Below, one piece after another: positions 13,182 through 23,900 of a stretch of 64,000 nucleotides of DNA. How positions within the stretch are numbered: the first letter of the stretch is position 1; each line of letters opens with the position of its first letter. The stretch is taken from positions 128,001-192,000 of the forward strand of contig CAWEMM010000006.1 in NCBI GenBank assembly GCA_963810095.1. Direction: 5' to 3'. Both the position numbers and the translations under genes were made by a program. This DNA is from an uncultured Chloroflexia bacterium. Its GTDB lineage: Bacteria > Chloroflexota > Anaerolineae > CG2-30-64-16. A model generated the notes under the pieces. It made no database searches and was not told the origin of the DNA. It saw nothing but the letters and a program-made list of their open reading frames with translations.

Positions 13182-13210
13182 ATTTTAGCACGTGCTGGCT
13201 GCCGTGTCAA
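13182..13210 (-). promoter_or_regulatory. Sigma70-type promoter of the T-box/alaX/ileS transcript
   Basis: TTGACA-17 nt-TAAAAT with extended -10 TG, immediately upstream of Stem I. Confidence 0.8.
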
Positions 13211-13238
13211 GCCAGTTTGGCCCCAAGTAGTGAGGCTT

Positions 13239-14162
13239 CTACCGCTGCAGGAGCGGTAGCCACACCCGCTTGTCGCCGACGCCATACGAGACCGAGGTGT
13301 CGGCCAGGACGGCAGTGCCGCCGGCAGTCATGTGCCCGTCGAGCCGGTAGAAGTACTGCTTTCCCCGCACCGCCGTGGTGTCGGTCCAGGTGTAGGTGTG
13401 GCTGCCGCCGCCGGGGTTGGCCGTTGGAATCGGCAGAGCGTTCAGTTTCTGCCACGGTCCACTCTTAGCAGGGCCGCGCTGCAGGTCAAAGCCGAGCAAC
13501 TCGCTTTCGGTGACAGTCTCCCATGCCAGCAGGACACCGGCGGGCCGAGCGGTCGCGGTGAAGTAGGCCACCTCGGCGCCGAGCGGTGGGATGAACTTAT
13601 TTGCGCACCAACGCGGCCAGTTGTACCACGAGCCGTAACGGAAGCTGCACTGCTTGCTGTTGTTCGGATCGACCCCGCCAAACAGTTCCGAGTCCCCGTA
13701 GTAACTCGCGGCTTGTGGCGTGGCCGCGTTCCAGGCCCGAATGTAGACGGAGCCGCAGTTTGGCGGCGTGCCCACGCTGACCTCAACGTCGCTCCATTTG
13801 AACGGAATGTACCCTTTCCCGAGCAGGAACGGCGGCAGCGTGTTGTTGGGATTGTAATCGACGCTGTTGGCCGCTGCGGCAGAAACGCGCAGGTCGTCTC
13901 CGGTTGTCGAGCCGTCCGCCTTTGGCGGATTGATCTGGCCGTCTGGCCCGGCCCAGATCAACTCGGCGAAGTCGCCCTGGGCCAGGGGGACCGTACAATT
14001 CTGAGCGCCATCGTAGACGCCGTAAGCGTCGGCTGGCTTGCCCGATGCGTAGGAGGTTCCCCATTGAAACTGCAAGGCCTGCGCTTGAGCAACCAGTGTC
14101 CCGAGCGCAGCAAGCGTCACCATCACCAAGCCCACACGCACCCATCGTTTTCGGTTGTGCAC
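13239..14162 (-). CDS. Secreted protein with C-terminal Fn3-like domain and terminal VWLPLLQR motif (last gene of the large operon)
   Basis: GTG start with GGAGG RBS; signal peptide; FTATARPAGVLLAWETVTESELLGFDLQR...YTWTD...YFYRL. Confidence 0.75.
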   Translation of the reverse strand: MHNRKRWVRVGLVMVTLAALGTLVAQAQALQFQWGTSYASGKPADAYGVYDGAQNCTVPLAQGDFAELIWAGPDGQINPPKADGSTTGDDLRVSAAAANSVDYNPNNTLPPFLLGKGYIPFKWSDVEVSVGTPPNCGSVYIRAWNAATPQAASYYGDSELFGGVDPNNSKQCSFRYGSWYNWPRWCANKFIPPLGAEVAYFTATARPAGVLLAWETVTESELLGFDLQRGPAKSGPWQKLNALPIPTANPGGGSHTYTWTDTTAVRGKQYFYRLDGHMTAGGTAVLADTSVSYGVGDKRVWLPLLQR

Positions 14163-14189
14163 CGCCTACCTCCCTCTGTTCGGGGCGCA

Positions 14190-17100
14190 TCAGCGCCTGT
14201 GGACCCAGGTTGCCGGTTCGTGACGATTCAGGAACCAGAAGCCGTAGCCTGGCCGCAATTCGATATCGGTCGGCGCGTAGTTCTCGTCGAGCCACCGGTT
14301 CGTGAAGTCCGGCAGCCACTGCTGGCACTCGCTGCCGCTGCAGTACCAAGCGGTCTTGTACGTTTCGCTCGCCGGGTCCCAGGCCTGCACCGTATCGGAC
14401 TCGACCGGGCTGATGGTGCCCACCGCAGGCAGGTTCGCAACGTCAAGCGGGCTGCCGGTAGGCAGCTCAGGGAAAGCGCGACCGAGCAACTGCCAACCCT
14501 TGCCGATGGACACCGAGCGGGTGCCCTCTTCGACGCCGCCCACAATGCGCAACGTTTCCGTTGCACCCGTGCGGTTGAGGATCCAGAAGCCCATGTCGGG
14601 CCCCAGTGCCAGGGTGCTGTGACTGTAGTCATCTGCCAGCCAATGGTTGACATAGGGCTCGCCGTAGACGTCACAGCTTCCGCCGCAGTACCACCCGGCC
14701 GTGTACGTCTCGCTCGACGGGTTCCACACGGTCACGACATCGGCGGTGTTCGGGCTGTCTGTGCCGTGCAGTTGCGCACCAAGCACGCTGTCGAGCGCGG
14801 CGTCGTAGACCAGCAGCGGCCACGACACCAGGTTCCACCCGCTGGCCAGGAACCGAGTGAACTTCCCCACCCGGTTTGACCGTTCTGAGCCCTGGTCGAC
14901 CCGGCACATGGCGCGCACCATGTAGTAATGGTTCTGCTCGTCGGCCCACGGGCCCGTCGTGCCGCCGGATGTGTCGACGTAGCTTACCGCGGTGCCCCCG
15001 CCGGCCGGCGCGGGCACCGTACCGACCAGGCTGGAGTAAGCGTCTCCGAAGGCGAAATACGCATTGTGTTCCGCACGCCAGACCTGGTAACCGCTCTTTG
15101 CCGTTCCGACGTGCGTCCAGGACAGCTTGAGGTTCGCGCCGTCCACCGCGATCCGCAAGTCGGCCACCGGATCCACGTAGCACGGGATGACGATCTGGCC
15201 GGCCCGGGTGCCGGTGGGGATGGGAACCTCGGCGGTGTCGACCAGGTTATCGACGACCGGCGTTAGCGGCGAGGTCTGGCCTGCGACCGCGTTTGGCGCC
15301 TGCGCGAACTGGATGTCGAACAACTGGGCGTCGCCGTCGATGCCAGACGACGCCACAAATGCGGCTCGCACCACGCCGGGCAGCAGCGAACAATAGCCGC
15401 CATCCAGCTGGGGCGTCAGGTCGGAGCGCAGCGTACAGCCGGTCGCGCGGGCGACCTTGTTGTCGTAGCGGATTTCCAGCGTGCCCGCCCCCAGCTTGGG
15501 CGCGTTCGTGACCCAGACCGGAACCGTCGCAGTGGAGCCCCAGCTTACGGTGTACGCCGCCGTGCCGGTGAGGGCCGGCGGCCCAACCACAATCCGGGTC
15601 GCGTTGACCGGCGCTGCGACGGTCACGACCTCGTCGGCCGCAGACCACGTGCGCGGCACGCCGTTCGGCCCCGTGATGGCTTCTACGGTGAAATGAAGCG
15701 GGCTCGACGCACCTTCGGGCGCGGTCGAAGTGGGCTCCATCCGGACGACAAACGGGGTGATCGTGCCCCCCACGCCATGTTCCGACTCGGCCAACAGGTT
15801 GAACCGGATGATGCCGTTGGGCTGCTCCGACTCGGAGTTGCAATACCCGGCCGGCCCGCTGCCGCCATCGTTGCGGATGCACCGTGTGGGCCGCAGCACC
15901 TTCGGGTCATAGTGGATGCTGGCGCTGAGGGTGACGAGGGGCCGAGCGGGGTCGATCACGAACCGTACCGGAAAGTCAAGGAAGCTGCCGTGTGATAGGC
16001 CGTACGGCGGCGTGCCGGGCAGGCTCATCGCGACGGCCGGCGAGCCCGCCGGGTCTTGCACGGTGATCGCCGCCTTAACCGTTCGATATGCTATCTGGGC
16101 GCCGGACTCGCCGGCGAAGTTGGTCACCTCGACGACGAGATCGGTCTTGGCGGGCGGCTGCGCCTGAGGATGCCGGCGAAAGGTCACCAGTGCGAGATTC
16201 GGAGGGAACAGCGCGGCGGCCGGCGAGCGCACTGCCGACATGCGAATCAGCCCTGGCTCGCCTGCGGCATTGCAGCCGCCGCCGGCGTAGAACTCGCAAC
16301 TTACGGCCTCGACGACGAGCGGATCGTACCGGATGCCCCAACTGCCGCTGAGCAGGGCGGCGCCGTTGTCCAGGTACAAGCGCACGCTCACTCGCTGATC
16401 GCCGGCCAGGTACTGCTCGACTGGATCCAGCCGGAGCGTGGGTAGGGTGGCGGTATCCCCTTCGTCGAGACGGAGCGAGTTGTTGTATACCTGGACGGTG
16501 ATTGGCTTGCCCGCCGTATCGGCGAATGCGCCGAGCGTCAAGGCCAGCGCGCTCTCTTGGGGTGCGGCCGCCGTGGCTGCGAGGGCGAAAACCACCTCGA
16601 AGGCCGTCAGCGGAGCGGACAAGCCCGCCGAGGAGATCAGGTTGGCGCTGACGTGATCCGCATGGACCGCACAGGCACCCGATCGATCGTCGCCGGCGAA
16701 AGGCTGCACCGGTCGGCACTCAAGCACCCGGACGATCTGCGGGTCGAAGGCCAGTGAAAAACTGGCCGAGCCGAGCCCGGTCACCCGGACGATGTCGATC
16801 GGAACGGTGACCCGCTTGCCGGGTGCAATCGGAACGGGATTCGGACCCGACTCACGGCCTACGTAGACGGCCGGCCCCGTGGTGTTCGAAGCCCCGACCC
16901 TGACCGTGCTGCCCGCCAGCCACGAGGTCATGTAGTTGCCGTAGACGTCGGCAATGCTTTCGAGCAGGGGGACGACCGCGGTGACCTTGTTGATGGTGGC
17001 CGTGGCCGCGGGCGCAAACGTGAGGTTGAACACATCTGCAGCGCCGAGCACGCCGCCAGGCGCGAGGATGTTGAAGCGGACGAGGCCTTTCGCCTTGTCC

Positions 17101-17477
17101 CACGCGATGTTGCAGTAGCCGCCGGGCGCGCCCTCGGGCCGCACACAGGCGACCGGGCGTAACTCCTTCGGGTCGTACTGCACGAGCACCGTCGCAGAGC
17201 CCAGCGCGGCTGCTCCTTCCACCGACACGGCGATAGGCAAGTCGAGCCCGTTCCCCTGCAGCACCTCGTATTCGGCGCCCGTTCCAACGTTCAGCGTGAC
17301 CTGGTACGGGCCTTCGCCTGGCGACGCGTCCGCAGCTGGAGTTGCCGGGGCCGCCAAGATGGCCGGGGGCGCGAGGAGCGCAATGATGCACGCGGCCGCG
17401 ATGAGCAGCGCGAGCAGGTCGCGTGCGTTCCACGCCGCCCGTCTACGGCAGTACGCGATCAACTGGCTGCTGGGCAT
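14190..17477 (-). CDS. Scaffoldin-like secreted protein: five cohesin-like domains, Fn3-like domain, two GWNL-type modules
   Basis: GGAGGAG RBS; signal peptide; five repeats LGSATVLVQYDPKELRPVAC, LGSASFSLAFDPQIVRVLEC, LLSGSWGIRYDPLVVEAVSC, LVTLSASIHYDPKVLRPTRC, LGAGTLEIRYDNKVARATGC; C-terminal GWNLVSWPL and GWQLLGRAFP duplicated modules. Confidence 0.75.
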   Translation of the reverse strand: MPSSQLIAYCRRRAAWNARDLLALLIAAACIIALLAPPAILAAPATPAADASPGEGPYQVTLNVGTGAEYEVLQGNGLDLPIAVSVEGAAALGSATVLVQYDPKELRPVACVRPEGAPGGYCNIAWDKAKGLVRFNILAPGGVLGAADVFNLTFAPAATATINKVTAVVPLLESIADVYGNYMTSWLAGSTVRVGASNTTGPAVYVGRESGPNPVPIAPGKRVTVPIDIVRVTGLGSASFSLAFDPQIVRVLECRPVQPFAGDDRSGACAVHADHVSANLISSAGLSAPLTAFEVVFALAATAAAPQESALALTLGAFADTAGKPITVQVYNNSLRLDEGDTATLPTLRLDPVEQYLAGDQRVSVRLYLDNGAALLSGSWGIRYDPLVVEAVSCEFYAGGGCNAAGEPGLIRMSAVRSPAAALFPPNLALVTFRRHPQAQPPAKTDLVVEVTNFAGESGAQIAYRTVKAAITVQDPAGSPAVAMSLPGTPPYGLSHGSFLDFPVRFVIDPARPLVTLSASIHYDPKVLRPTRCIRNDGGSGPAGYCNSESEQPNGIIRFNLLAESEHGVGGTITPFVVRMEPTSTAPEGASSPLHFTVEAITGPNGVPRTWSAADEVVTVAAPVNATRIVVGPPALTGTAAYTVSWGSTATVPVWVTNAPKLGAGTLEIRYDNKVARATGCTLRSDLTPQLDGGYCSLLPGVVRAAFVASSGIDGDAQLFDIQFAQAPNAVAGQTSPLTPVVDNLVDTAEVPIPTGTRAGQIVIPCYVDPVADLRIAVDGANLKLSWTHVGTAKSGYQVWRAEHNAYFAFGDAYSSLVGTVPAPAGGGTAVSYVDTSGGTTGPWADEQNHYYMVRAMCRVDQGSERSNRVGKFTRFLASGWNLVSWPLLVYDAALDSVLGAQLHGTDSPNTADVVTVWNPSSETYTAGWYCGGSCDVYGEPYVNHWLADDYSHSTLALGPDMGFWILNRTGATETLRIVGGVEEGTRSVSIGKGWQLLGRAFPELPTGSPLDVANLPAVGTISPVESDTVQAWDPASETYKTAWYCSGSECQQWLPDFTNRWLDENYAPTDIELRPGYGFWFLNRHEPATWVHRR

Positions 17478-17502
17478 TTCGCTCCTCCGGTGGGGGCTCG
17501 CC

Positions 17503-17643
17503 GGCCCCCGGCGCCCCTGTTACGTCTCTTTGCCGGGGATGCTGGGCCCCCGGTGCCCCTGTTACGCCTCTTTGCCGGGGACCTCTGGCCCCCGGCGCCC
17601 CTGTTACGCCTCTTTGCCGGGGACCTCTGGCCCCGGCGCCCCC
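17503..17643. repeat. 42-bp tandem repeat, about 3.3 copies
   Basis: GGCCCCCGGCGCCCCTGTTACGCCTCTTTGCCGGGGACCTCT-like units start at 17503, 17545, 17587 and (partial) 17629. Confidence 0.9.
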
Positions 17644-17647
17644 GACA

Positions 17648-17908
17648 GGGGGCTGCGCCCCCTTGACCCCCAAAAACCACGCTCTCAGGCAACATCACCC
17701 CTGGAATGAACAGGGTCTCCAAACCACTCGGTCCTCCACCCGCGCTCCCCACAATAGGATGAGGGCTCCAAGCCCGAACCGGGCAACCCCGTGCTCTGGC
17801 GAGCCCGCAGGCCATGCGGGCGGATTTACTCCCGGACGAACGCATTTGGGGGTCGAGGGGGCGAAGCCCCTCGGCCAGGGTGCAGGGGGCGGGCCCGCCC
17901 CCTGCACG
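17648..17908. repeat. MITE/REP-like element with inverted ends
   Basis: GGGGGCTGCGCCCCCTTGACCCCCAAA (~17648) is mirrored by TTTGGGGGTCGAGGGGGCGAAGCCCC (~17846), followed by hairpin GTGCAGGGGGCGGG-CCCGCCCCCTGCAC. Confidence 0.55.
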
Positions 17909-17934
17909 AAAAGACAACACATCTGCCGTCGCTA

Positions 17935-20900
17935 CTAGCGCACCGCTGTCCTCGGAAGGTCGACGGAGCCACCGGGCACACCCACCAGGCCCTTTCCATC
18001 CGGCGCGGCCGGGGGTTCCGGCGACGGCTCAGGAGCTACCTCGATAGGCGCCGGAGCCGGCATAGGTCCAGCCGCCTGCTGCATCATCAACGGCAGGAAG
18101 AGCTTTCTCGGCGCCGGCGCCGTCCCGTCGGGTCCGAACACCGGCAGCAGCACCGACCCTTCCAGGTCGAATGCCGACACGTCGTCGAGCTCGATGAGGC
18201 CCTGCCCCGGCTGCTCCAGCGCCGCTGGGTCGAGCGCCCGCAGCCGCACCTCGCAGATGCTCGTGGCGGCTGTGATGCCGGTCGCCGTCACGCCCGTGAA
18301 GCGAACCTGGCCGGTATCATAGGCCGGGTTGCAAACCGCCAAGGTCATGCCCTCGGCAGTCTGTGTGCATGTCGTGACTGCGAAGCGAGCCGGGTCGTAG
18401 GCCAGGTTCAGCGCAGCCACCGCCAGCGGCACGTGCGGCGATTCGGCTTCGACACGCACCACCAGCTCGCCGGTCTCCGCGTCGACCGTCTCGTCCAGCC
18501 TGAAGTAGGCCGGGTTCGCCGGGCTGACATCGCTTGCCGCCGAGAGGTTGGGGGCCGACGAACTGGCTCCACCGGGACACGCGGCCAACTTCACGTCGCA
18601 CATGAGGATGCGCAGCGCGTCGGTCGAGTTGCACGCGCCGTCCTGCGTCACATCGCAGAGCGGCAAGTACACCGTATTGGGGCCGGGCGGCCAGCTCGTT
18701 ACGCCCTGGGCCAGCCCCACGTCGTATTTCAGCACCATCAGCGCGTCGGCCGAGTCCCGCTTGCCGCTCACGTTCACGTCGCCGGGCGGGTAGCTGCCGG
18801 GTCCGCTGACGTCGATCGTCACGGAGTAGCCGCCGCCCACCAGGTCGATGCCGAAGGCCTGGTAGCCCGTGCCGGCCGTGTCACGCAGGAGGGCAGGCAC
18901 GCCGTTGATCGTAAACCGGACCGTCTCGCCGACCCGGGCCGACGTCGTCGAGAAGTTGGTCTCGCCCGGGTCATAGTAGTCGAGCGGAATGGCAATCTCG
19001 TAGTTGTAGGGGGTACCCGTGATCGACGCAATCTCGGCCGATGCCGTGCCTCCTCGCGGCAGCACCGCAGTGAGCGTGCCGCTGGTCAAGGGCGTGCCAT
19101 CGCGCAGCGCGATGCCGTAGAAGAGCGCATCTGGCTGCGGCTTGGGGTTCGGTGTCCCCGTCGCGGCCGCATCTTCGATGGCGTCGGCGCCGGGGGCGGA
19201 CTGTGCCGACTTCTTGCCTGCGGCAGCCGCGTCCGGGGCTTCCGCGTCCAACGAAGCCGCGCCGCCCCCGGCGTAAGCGTAGGTCTGGAAGTAGACGTAG
19301 ACGTCGTCCACATCCTCGATGAAGCGGTCGATGCCCAACTGGGGGTCGGCCAGCAGGTTCGCGCCGGGGATCACGAGCACCCACTGGGTGTTCCAGACCG
19401 AGCGGCCAATGAGCCGGGTGTCGGTGTTCATCTCGCTGGCCGCGAGATTCTCGGTGTACGGGAATGCCTGGAAGGCCGCGTACGGCTTAACCTGGTACAT
19501 CTGGCCTTGCAGCCCGTCCATGGCGGGAATGAACCGCGGGTTAGCGATGTTCGCATCAGTCAGCGGGTAGGGCAGCGGCAGGAGCTGCTCGCTCACCGGC
19601 CAGTAACGCAGTTTGCCGTCCGTATTCCGCGGGCGGATGACGTCCTGGCCGCCCGGCAGCAGGTACACGTAGGGCATTCGGGCCAGGCGCTTCGTATCGT
19701 AGCCGTCGAACCAAACTCCCACGCTGGCGATCTTCGTGACGAACTGCGTCGGGTTGTATGCGCCGTCACCGGGGCCAAGCGGCAGGTCAAAGAAGTTGCG
19801 GCCCTGCTGAATGATCGACGTGAACGGGATCACGAGACCTGGCTGCGGGCCGGTCGTGCCGTAGGGCTTCTTGGCCAGCTTGTCCACGACGCCGGAAGCA
19901 TAGATGTTGGGCGTGTAGTAGCGCTGGAGCGTCTTCCGCCACTCTGCATCCGACGTGTCGCGCAGGCGGAACAGCTCCTGGCGGAGGCTGAAGCGGCTGG
20001 TCTGCGACTGCGGGTTGTTGAAGCCCATCTGCCCCTTCAGCACCTTGAAGTTATCGCGCAGCCGGCCGAGCACGTCGGACAGGCCGCCCGAGCCCACGAT
20101 CGGCTCGGGGGTCCAGTAACCGTTCGGCCAGCGCATCTCGCCCAGCGTGCGCTCCTCCGCGATCTGCTGCAGCAGCTTGGTGCCCGCGGCGGGGTCCGTG
20201 CCTTTCAGGTTGGTCTCGTAGTCGTAGGCTGCGGCGGTCAGGTAGGTATAGGTCTGCGCCAGCTTGAACTGCTCGCGGTACTTTGCCAGCGCGTCGGTCT
20301 CCGTCAGGCGGTAGGCCATGTCGTTGTAGCGGGCGGCCATGACCTGGCCCGCCCAGCGCTTGCGTACAGTGATCAGGTCCTGCAGCTTGCGCTGGCCCTT
20401 TTCGACGGACGCGTCGTAGGCGTTCTCCGCGCCGGCGAAGTTGTCGACGGCAAGGAACAGGTCGAGCCGCAGCTCGCGCTCCTTGCGGATCTGAGCCTGC
20501 AGTTCACGGCCCTTCTGGCGCAGCTCGTAGTCCGATTCGGCGTCGAAGACCTCCCTTTCGGTCTGCCGTTCGGTAATCTCCTTGCTCAGCTCGCTCAGGT
20601 CGACCAGGGCTTCGAGGTTTTCTGCGACCTGCTTTACCACAAACCCCGCAATGGATCCCGCCATTTCGATGGTTGCCGAGGCAGGTGCCCCGGCGTTGAC
20701 GGACGTACCGACAAATGTGATGAGGTTTTCGCCAACTTCCTTTGCGTGCTCCTCAATCGACTCGCCGGTCGTCTTCAGGCCCCGCGCGACGATCTTGGTG
20801 GTGGCGATGGTCGCATCCAGCGAGTCCAGCGCCCGGCGCTCCGTGTCCTTGAGCCCCCGCTTCGTGTCGACAAAGTCGGCGTAGTCGTGGAGCGCCACCG

Positions 20901-23900
20901 TGGCTTCGTCGATCTCCTCGATCTGGTTTTCGTAGGCCTCGATGGCCTTCTCCATCTCGGCCCGCTTATCGTAGACGTCCCACAGCTTGCTCTGGAGCTC
21001 GCCCGAGGCCTTGCGTCTCGCGCCGGCCCACGATGAAGGCAGGTAGACGCCCCGGCCCGCGTCGAGCCCGATGCCCACCTCATACTTGACGCCCAGCTCG
21101 GTCGGCTCGTTGACCCCTTCCTCGCAGACCTTCGGGGCCTTCGAGTCCTCCAGCGCCTCCACGTAATGACCCAGGCACTCCATCCGCGGGAACTCGACCA
21201 ACTCCGTCTCTGTCGTCGCCCGGCATTCGTCCGTCCCGCTCAATTCGCCACAGCGGGCTTCCTTGTCGGTCAGGTCCGTGCGCTCAATCAGGAAGTAGTT
21301 GTAGATGTCGGGCCCCGCATAGCCTGCTGGGTAGGTGCCGTTGACGCCGATGTCCTTGTCGTACGGGTAGCCGAAGAGTTCGATCAGCTCGTTCACCCGG
21401 GCCCGGTCCTCGGCCATCATGTTGGTTGCGAAAGTCTGCTGCTCGTCCTGGCCCTGCCGCTCCGCGACCTTCGCCTCGTTGGCGAACGCGAACATCTTGA
21501 GGCTGTTGGAGAGCGCGTCGATCGCCTTGTCGTATACCTGCTCGAAGTGCGTCTGGCCCGGCTTCTCTGGCGTCGTCTTGGTAAGCGCAGGGTCCAGGTC
21601 GAACATCAGCGCGTCTTTGTTCAGGCCCAGCGGGTTCACGCCCGTGTCCGCTCGGTCGAGGTCGGTTTGGATGTTGGTCAACTCGCTCGCAATCGCCGCG
21701 ATGTCCTCCACGGTCGTGCGATCGATCTTCCGCACGTCCGAGTAGCGGTCGTCAACCGGGGGCACGATTGCGTTCGCCACCAGCCAGTCGAAGTATGCGC
21801 CCTCGCCCGTCCGGCCGGCCCAGTCGGCCACGCCCCAGGCCCGCTTGTTGCAGCCCGCCGCGTCCTCCGCGCTGCAGCGGTCTGACGGGTCAATGTACGC
21901 ATCCCGGTAGGGCTGCACCTCTGGCTCGGCGTAGTTCTTGTGATAGGTCAGGTCGACAATTTCCGCGCCCATCTTCGCGCGGACGGCCGCGGCTGCGGCG
22001 AACCGGCGCTCATCATAGTAGTCGACGAGCACCGGCGCGCCGCCCACCATGATTGACTCGGCCCGCGGCACCCAGGTGTAGTTCGGATGCCTCAAGAGTT
22101 GGTAGTAGAGTGTCACCGCGGTCAGATCATGGCCGTAGGCATCGCCGTGACCCTGGGGGAACATGATCTGTGCGTCAGCCTCGTTGATAAACCCGTCGAG
22201 GTTGGTGTCAGCGGTATTGTAGTTCTGGACGTATGCCACCTCGCCGTCGCCGTTTGTGAAGTTCCAGGTCAGGCGGTTATAGGTCGGCGCCGCGGCCACG
22301 CCGCCCAGCGTCTCGTCGCGGCCCCGCAGCAGGGCCAGTTCCTCGTCGATTGGTCCAAATTGGTCGGGCCGGAACTGGTTGGCGAAGGCAAACATGGCCG
22401 GCGCACGCATGCCCAGCGACGCCTGATCGAAGCCGACGATCGGGTCGAGCGCGTCGTTGTATGCATCGTTGCCCAGCAGCATGTAAAGCTCGGCGATCCG
22501 CGTGGTCACGTTCAGAAGCGCGGCGTTGGCGCCCGCGTCGTTGACGTTGGAGTCGATGGATAGTGCTCGCCCCCGGTCGAGGATAGTCTGGTACGCCTCG
22601 ATGAGGCCCATCTTGTTCAGGTTCTCGGGGTCCGAGTTGAGGGCCACCGGCCCTTCGTAGCGCGGGCCCGCCTGGCGGATCATGTCCACGTTGGTAGCGA
22701 CCGGCGAGCTAACAAAATCGTCGACGCGGGTGTCGAACGGGTTCAGCGCGTCGACCACCCGCTTGATCCAGCCTTCGGCGAGCTGCCCCTTCACCTCGGA
22801 GGGCTTGGCCGAGGGGTCACCCGCGAAGGCCGAATAGCGCCACTGGTTGCCGCAGACCGGGCAGCGGGTGTTCTTGTACCGCACGATGACCCAGTTGTCG
22901 CGCAGCGTGGTGGGGTTTGCCCCTTCGATGGTGATTTCGGGGCCGGGATCCGTGCCGCCGGGCAACCCCTTGGGCGGGGCCGTCCACTTCTGCCAGGGAT
23001 AGCTCGAGGGCAGAACCGTGGGCGAGGTCCCCGTTTCGTCGCCCGCGATCCACCACTCAAACTGGAAGACGTCGGGCCGGCCGCCAAAATCCCCGGTGTG
23101 GCGCAAGGTCAGCTTCTCGTCGAACAGGTTGTCCGACTTGATGACGAGGAGATTGCCGCGGTACGGGCTTTCCTCATTGTTCTCGTTCCGTGCGCACTCC
23201 ACCTTGACGACCTGGAGCGAGACCGGGAGCGCGCCCAGCGACGCATCGTTATTGTAGACGAGGGTGACGTAGCCGGTGCCGGCCGCGTTGCCCGCGGTCA
23301 GCGCCTTGCCCTTGCCCAGACCCTCGAACGGCTCGGGGATACCGTCGTCGTTGGCATCCTGGACGTCGATCAGGAATGCCTCGTCTGCCACCCCGTCTCG
23401 CCAATACGGATCGCCGCCCACGGCGCTGCACGGCTCACCGCCGGCGCCGGCCCGGAGCTGGTTTTCCGCCGGGTCGAGATCGCCGGGGAACAGCTTGCCG
23501 TCGCTGTTGCGGCACAGGTCGAGCCCGCGCGGGTTGTATGTCTTCCAGTACAGCTCGTCGACCGCGGCCAGGTACTCGTCGCACCCCGCAGCGCTATCGA
23601 CCTGGTTCCCATTCATACACAGCTGCTTCAGCCGCTCGCGATCCGAATCGGCCATCACATTTAGGAGGAGCAGCGGGTCGCCTTTGATGTACTCCTTCGA
23701 CGTCCCGTCATAGTAGCCCTTGAACACCAGCATGCCGGCCGCCACGCTCTCGCCGTCCTCGTCGATCGTCGCCTGGCGATAGACAACCCGGCTCCGCAGG
23801 CTGAACGGCAGCGCCTTGTCCGGGTCGCCGGCCCTGCCTGCGAGGCTGAGCCCGCCGCCCAGCAAGGGCTGGGTCTGGATGACCGCCGGCAGCGCCGGCA

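Noticed and set aside
17503-17643. Possible CRISPR array
   Set aside because: Units are contiguous 42-bp tandem copies with no unique spacers, and no cas genes are in the window.
17791-21036. 1081-aa plus-strand ORF and similar long antisense ORFs across the operon
   Set aside because: Arg/Ala/Val-rich mirror frames of the giant gene with no domain signatures.
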